A DNA stretch of 56,247 nt, filler included, from Sphacelaria rigidula (taxonomy: Eukaryota): NCBI GenBank assembly GCA_964200075.2. It is 4 parts of 4 records of this genome, joined end to end, with 100 filler letters (N's around TTAATTAATTAA, not from the genome) between each part and the next. Parts side by side here need not be neighbours in the genome. Positions count along the whole stretch, not along the records: positions 42,266 to 56,247 come from CAXNAA020002535.1; 3 more parts are not named here. The stretch is one strand, 5' to 3'. A program made the translations under genes and the position numbers. Positions 51,206 through 56,247 of this stretch are shown here, piece by piece. Below the pieces are notes generated by a model that did no database searches, had not been told where the DNA came from, and saw nothing but the letters and a program-made list of their open reading frames with translations. The first letter of the stretch is position 1. Each line of letters begins with the position of its first letter.

Positions 51206-53186
51206 TAGAAATTCTCGAAAAAAAAGGTCAAAATGGGGTATATCTTGACCTGATTTTAGTACTGAAAATGAAGTTATTATTATTATTTTTCATCAGCTTC
51301 GTATACGCTTTATATCTCTATAGAACCCAACTATAAGGTCATCGTCAACATCGTTGCACCCAAACAAAAAACCGCCCATAACCGACAAGACTTATGGGAC
51401 AGAGGAAGTATATCATGGAACCCAAAGACATCACATTGATGGCGATTTAGGGGGAAATGTAGGTTATGTGATCTTGACAAATTGATGAACTTTCATGACT
51501 TGGTCTCGTTTTGGAGGGGAGGTTATATATAGCTATCATGCATATTATACCGCTATGAGCTAATACCTAACTCAGATTCCTTGAACACAGTTAGATTTAC
51601 GCTGGATGAACGGTGCGCGGTTGCATTGGCAATTTGAGGGACAAGTAAAATCCCTACATTAGCCACAGTTTTCATCGTATCAGGTCGATTTCTGTCCTCA
51701 TTACATGGGATTGTGCGAGATTATATTTGATAAAGAGTGATGTAGTACACATATATATATATATATATATCAATGCGTGACATTAAATGTCATCAGGCCA
51801 ATTTTGTAGGCTGTAAGAGCGTGTCTATGTACATTATTTTGCGATCGAAGAAGTGTGGTGGAAAAAAAATCGACCTGATGGGTCGTCATTTTAAAATCAA
51901 TAACGTGAACATGAATGGCGACCTGTCAGATTCGAACTTTCCTATTTCGCTGCATCTTTTCGATCGAAAAATGATTTGCCAAGACACGACCTAATATACA
52001 TTCCTCCGCGATACGCTTTCCTTCAGAGAGAGCATTTGGTCAGGGGCAAGGATGAGGTTTTACATTTAACCCCGTTGGTGTCGTTTACCTGCCGCTCTCG
52101 GAAGATCTCACTAAGGAGGGGTTAGGAATATACAGTCGGTGGAGTTGTGAGTAAGAGTCCAGGCCCTCATGTTCAGCTGAAGTGAAGTCCCCCTGGTGTA
52201 CGCTGTTGATAGGGTGACATTGAAGTTACGGCAGACTGCATTTGGAGCGGGACAGATTTGCCCGGTAACTACCAATCAGATCGCTCCATTTCGCTTGGCA
52301 ATCGCCAGGGGAATAGTCTAAAACCTAGTGTTCGCGCGGTCTAACTCCTAGCGCGTTCCATCCCCAATACAGTATCACAGATAGTACAGTGTTGTACACT
52401 GAACACAATACAGTAGTACGGTACAGCACATTCCCCCAATGGACAGCACCAGCAATAGTGTCGCAGCAACGGACATCGCGTTGTTCATCTTACTACCGAA
52501 GACGAAAAAGCCAACACACCCATGAAGTTTTCACCAGTGTGCAGCCAGCACTGCGTGCCGACGAAGATTGTCTTCTGCGGAGACGAACACAACGAGAATA
52601 TCGCAGCTCATGCCATCCAAACCGTCTTCTCAATGTGTGAACACACCACAACAGTTCAGCCAGGGGAAGCTCCAACACATGAGAGAGAGCTTGAGTGTTG
52701 TTGCTGCGGTCCAGTAGTGAAACAAGACATGTCCCATGTTTTATTTTAGTCCTCCGTCTTATTGTGGAGAGGTCTTCAATTTTGCGCCAGTGCTGAGTTT
52801 GAACACTCGGCCATGGTCACGCTTCTTGAAATTCACTTTGGGTTACCCTAATCTGCGTGTGGAAGTTTCGGCTGATGATGCAAGCTTCGCCTGCTATTTC
52901 AAGTATGCAGATTCTGCCCCGGCACATCTTTATTTTGCCGACGTTATCTGTAATTTCGTAATTTTCAGGGTTGCGTTCTGTGGGGTAAACCCGGAGGTGG
53001 ATGATTTCCGCTTAGGGAACTAGACCGTACCGAAATGTGTACCGACTTCCGGTATGATTCGGCAGTATATCGAGCTATGTTCCGAGCACTCTGATATCGT
53101 CCGGAAGGGTATTGCCCGATGAAGCACCTCTTTTATAATTTTCACACCCTGAACAGTATATGGTCAATAGTTGCAATAGACAAAAC

Positions 53187-53276
53187 ATGTACTGCACAAA
53201 GTACAGGTCTATTGCAGCTATTGTCGACACTGTTGTCGACAATAGCTGCAATGGACCTGTACTTTATTCAGTACAT
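53187..53276. repeat. 90-nt near-perfect hairpin
   Basis: ATGTACTG..AAAGTACAGGTCTATTGCAGCTATTGTCGACA-ctgt-TGTCGACAATAGCTGCAATGGACCTGTACTTT..CAGTACAT. Confidence 0.85.
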
Positions 53277-53309
53277 TTCTTGTTTACGAGCTGGGTCAGC
53301 AGTGAAATC

Positions 53310-53792
53310 CACATGCAGGCCGACTGGAGTATACCGGTGTGACTTGCAGACCAACGTGGTAACGCACGGAACCGCCGCTGACTTGAAAAAAAATGAAAAA
53401 AATATACTGCATAGTGTAAACACCTAACCGACGGAACAAGAAAAAAGGAATCCGTCGGGATTCGAACTCGTGACGTCCACAACCGGAGTCGACTACATCA
53501 CTTGGATTAAAAAAGGCGCAGCCGTGCCACACGAAAAGTTGAATGCTGTGCCAAATTTCTGTATTTTTTGGCCGATATTGCACCAGGATCTCCTCCACAC
53601 AAGGACGCACAATTACACTGGGGATGCTGCCGTACTTCTTTTTATTTTCACGCAGCTATAGTATTTTTTTCTAGTTTGCAGGAAGTTCGAATCTCTCTAA
53701 CTTTCTGTTTTGTTTTATTTTCTTGGCATCCCCGGGAAGGTTGTGCGTAGAGATGATGAAACGTTGTGTCAAAATTTCGGCGCCCAAGCTTC
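53310..53792 (-). repeat. Second copy of the repeat with an internal tRNA-like cassette
   Basis: Inverted homolog of 43235-43720. Confidence 0.65.
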
Positions 53793-54257
53793 AGATCACC
53801 CACCGCCGGGCTCAGATACATTCGCAAATCACTGTCAGCTGGCCCCGCTCGTAGTGCAACTAGTGACCGTATACTGTGCAGGTTGTGTAATTTTGTAAAT
53901 ACCCAAGTTTCAGCCGATGAGCTTACTTCACCACTTTTTAGAGTGAAAAAGTTTATCGGATATTCATTATTTCGAATAACTCAAGCCCTAATCGCAACCC
54001 TTACCGTCAGCCCAACGAAGGCATACCGAGAACCGTCAAGATGCAAAATGTGGCGCAGATTTAGACAAAAACGCGTTTTGCGCACGCTAGGGCACAGCCT
54101 CCATCAAATATCCGGATTTCGGTGCCCACACCAACACAAAGTGAGCCATCCTCACTCCACCGAGTGGTGAACACTACTGCAGCCGGTATACTCTCTAGAA
54201 CACAACCTCGGTAATTCCACCGTAGTCATTTTTTGATTATTTTCGTCACATTAGGTT

Positions 54258-54954
54258 GCCGGCCGCCTCGGCGGCTCAGTTGGTGACCTCGAAACCTTCT
54301 GACGGTTGGGTCGTGGGTTCCGATCTTGGTGCAGTCACACGATCTGGGATTTTTCTCACACCATGTCCTACAATGGAGAGCGATTATGTCGTGGGTACAC
54401 AAAACTCGACTTTACATTCAACGAGGAAAAGGGACCGCTGAACCCTTCTCTAGATTAAAAATAAGGCAAACGCCGCAGGAGGAAGGTCGAGTATATATAT
54501 ATATATATATATATATTTTCTCACACTTTGAACCCCTCTCCTTCCTCGGGATGAGCCCGAGGTCTCAAGGGATTAACCCATATCTCCCCCGGTACGTGCC
54601 TTTCGTTTTGTTCTCGCGGATTGGGTCAGCACTCCCGCACCGCATCAACTCACGTCACACAAACCCAGTCGACTACTTTTGTTACTCACGTTCTCACGCT
54701 TTGCACGGTGGAAATCATACATTACGAAGAACAAACCCAACGCATCGGGAATCGAACTCCCGTTCTCTCCACCCTAGCGGCGCCAGTCGGATCATTACAC
54801 CACCGGGGCGCGGCAGTTAGTACTAGAACGAAATTCCAAACTAAGAGCTTCGTGTTGGCCTTTCTCCTACGTGACCCGGGCTGATGCGCCCGCATATACC
54901 GAAAGGTGTAGACTGGCGTCCAAAATAGGTATGATGAAAACACACACAACACAA
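54258..54954 (+). mobile_element. SINE A interrupted by SINE B
   Basis: Matches 28737-29068 on both sides of the insertion; CA-rich tail. Confidence 0.8.
54492..54814 (-). mobile_element. SINE B with (TA)n tail nested in SINE A
   Basis: GCCGCGCCCCGGTGGTGTAATGA..GTTCGATTCCC; AGTA on both sides. Confidence 0.8.
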
Positions 54955-55401
54955 CACATGAGCTCGATCTAGCGAACCCGCGGTCACAGAGTGCCAGTGG
55001 CATGCCACCCATACCCATAAACCAAACAGCCCCCAGAGGAAGGCGAGAAACAAAGCATCTACACGATAAAAAGTTGTAAAACAACGAGCGTGATGGAGAT
55101 TATGTAGTTTTGAAGATCCTGTACCGAGAAGTGCGCACGTATCTCATCACATGCAATATGCGCTCCCACGCACAAAAGGGTGTGGGATGAACGGCTCGCA
55201 TACTACCCCGATAAGGCTTAAGTTACTTCGGGGTTTATTTTTCGAGTCTCACAAGAAACTGCTCAGGTATTGAGCGGTTCTAGCTCGTGTAATGAGGAAG
55301 AGTCATGGCGATACTGGAAAGATGAGAGTACGCCTGTGGCCACGGATTCGAGAGGTTGGGCTGATATGCGGAAATAATTATAGCAAAAGTATCAATTATG
55401 A

Positions 55402-55508
55402 TTAACCCCTAGACCGCGAGGGCAGTCCATCGGGACCATGCATACTTTTCTCAAGTGGAAATTGATGCCGATCCAGCAGGTGACCAGCCCTCGCGGTCGA
55501 AGATTTAG
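55402..55508. mobile_element. piggyBac-like mini-MITE, copy 3
   Basis: TTAACCCCTAGACCGCGAGGGC..GCCCTCGCGGTCGAAGATTTAG. Confidence 0.55.
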
Positions 55509-56175
55509 AGGGCATTCACTATTTTACTCAATATGCCATGTGGTACGATACAGCACCACCTATCGTTGCTCTCCGATGTACCGTCCTACTCACGGGGAAC
55601 AACAAAATGTCAGCAACCCTGGACCTGGTCCGAACTTTAACGGCATCCGTAGCCCTGAACTCAGACCATGGGGCTGTAGAGTACATTGAAAATGTGTATG
55701 TTCAAGCTGAGCCCGTTTGTAGGGTGTACATATTTTTGTATCGCGTCTATGCGAATTTTCTGGGTCCGATCTTCTTTTTTGCTAGCTTCGGGTAGTTAGC
55801 CTGTGACCACGGAAGGCGTACGCATCAGATGCGCAGTGCAGAGTACTGCGCAGATCAGAACGGTTTTTAATGCGAAGACAACAAAAATAACACCATTTAG
55901 TCTAGGTGTGTTGGTAGGGTGCCTCTACGCTATCCGGGTTGGTAGGGTGCACGTCTAAACTAGTGCGAATGGCTGCACACCAGTGGAGAACGACGATAAG
56001 TGATGATGTACTGTTCTGTGCGGAACATACAACGTGATACACTGAGTACAGTACAAAAGTTGCGATAAACTACTCAAGACTACTGACTCAGGTACGAGAG
56101 CCATGGACCGAAGTGGGGTCATGATCCAAATCAGAGCCTTGTGGAGAAGGGTTTGGTGAAGTCGCGGTAGTGTTT

Positions 56176-56247
56176 GACAATTTCTACGATAGCCCCCCCC
56201 AAAAAAGTGCATGGTTTTGGGAGGCAAAATCTCAACGTAAATCGAAA
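56176..56247. mobile_element. End of a Sola-like MITE (cut by window end)
   Basis: GACAATTTCTACGATAGCCCCCCCCAAAAAAGTGCATGG matches the reverse complement of the right end of 15040-15289. Confidence 0.8.

Larger units (their letters stand above)
48823..51408 (-). mobile_element. Internally deleted mariner element with Stowaway-type TIRs
   Basis: TA TSD; TIR CTTCCTCTGTCCCATAAGTC(T)GGTCGGTTATG / CATAACCGACAAGACTTATGGGACAGAGGAAG; contains a transposase N-terminal remnant. Confidence 0.85.

Overview
Intron-rich, repeat-rich eukaryotic DNA, most likely a brown alga (Phaeophyceae). That is inferred from a heterokont plastid-targeting presequence, kb-scale GT-AG introns, (CAGTA)n repeats and the TE types. 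The window is not one locus: four unlinked pieces (13,991 / 13,989 / 13,985 / 13,982 bp, sorted by size) are joined by artificial N44-TTAATTAATTAA-N44 linkers. Host genes: a complete 5-exon profilin (minus strand, 155 aa) with an apicomplexan-type beta-hairpin insert, and 5' exons of an SDF2/MIR-domain gene, a plastid-targeted Rossmann-fold protein and a DOMON-domain protein. Piece 1 also holds a dense cluster of unidentified short-intron genes and pseudogenes. Mobile DNA: a decayed Ty3/Gypsy element whose integrase ends in a chromodomain plus a PWWP/Tudor-like module (the best novelty candidate), LINE fragments, two tRNA-derived SINE families, a deleted mariner with a nested element, and many MITEs (4-bp TSD Sola-like, piggyBac-like, and a TGT..ACA element carrying telomere-type repeats). 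All family calls come from motif recognition by eye; no searches were run.
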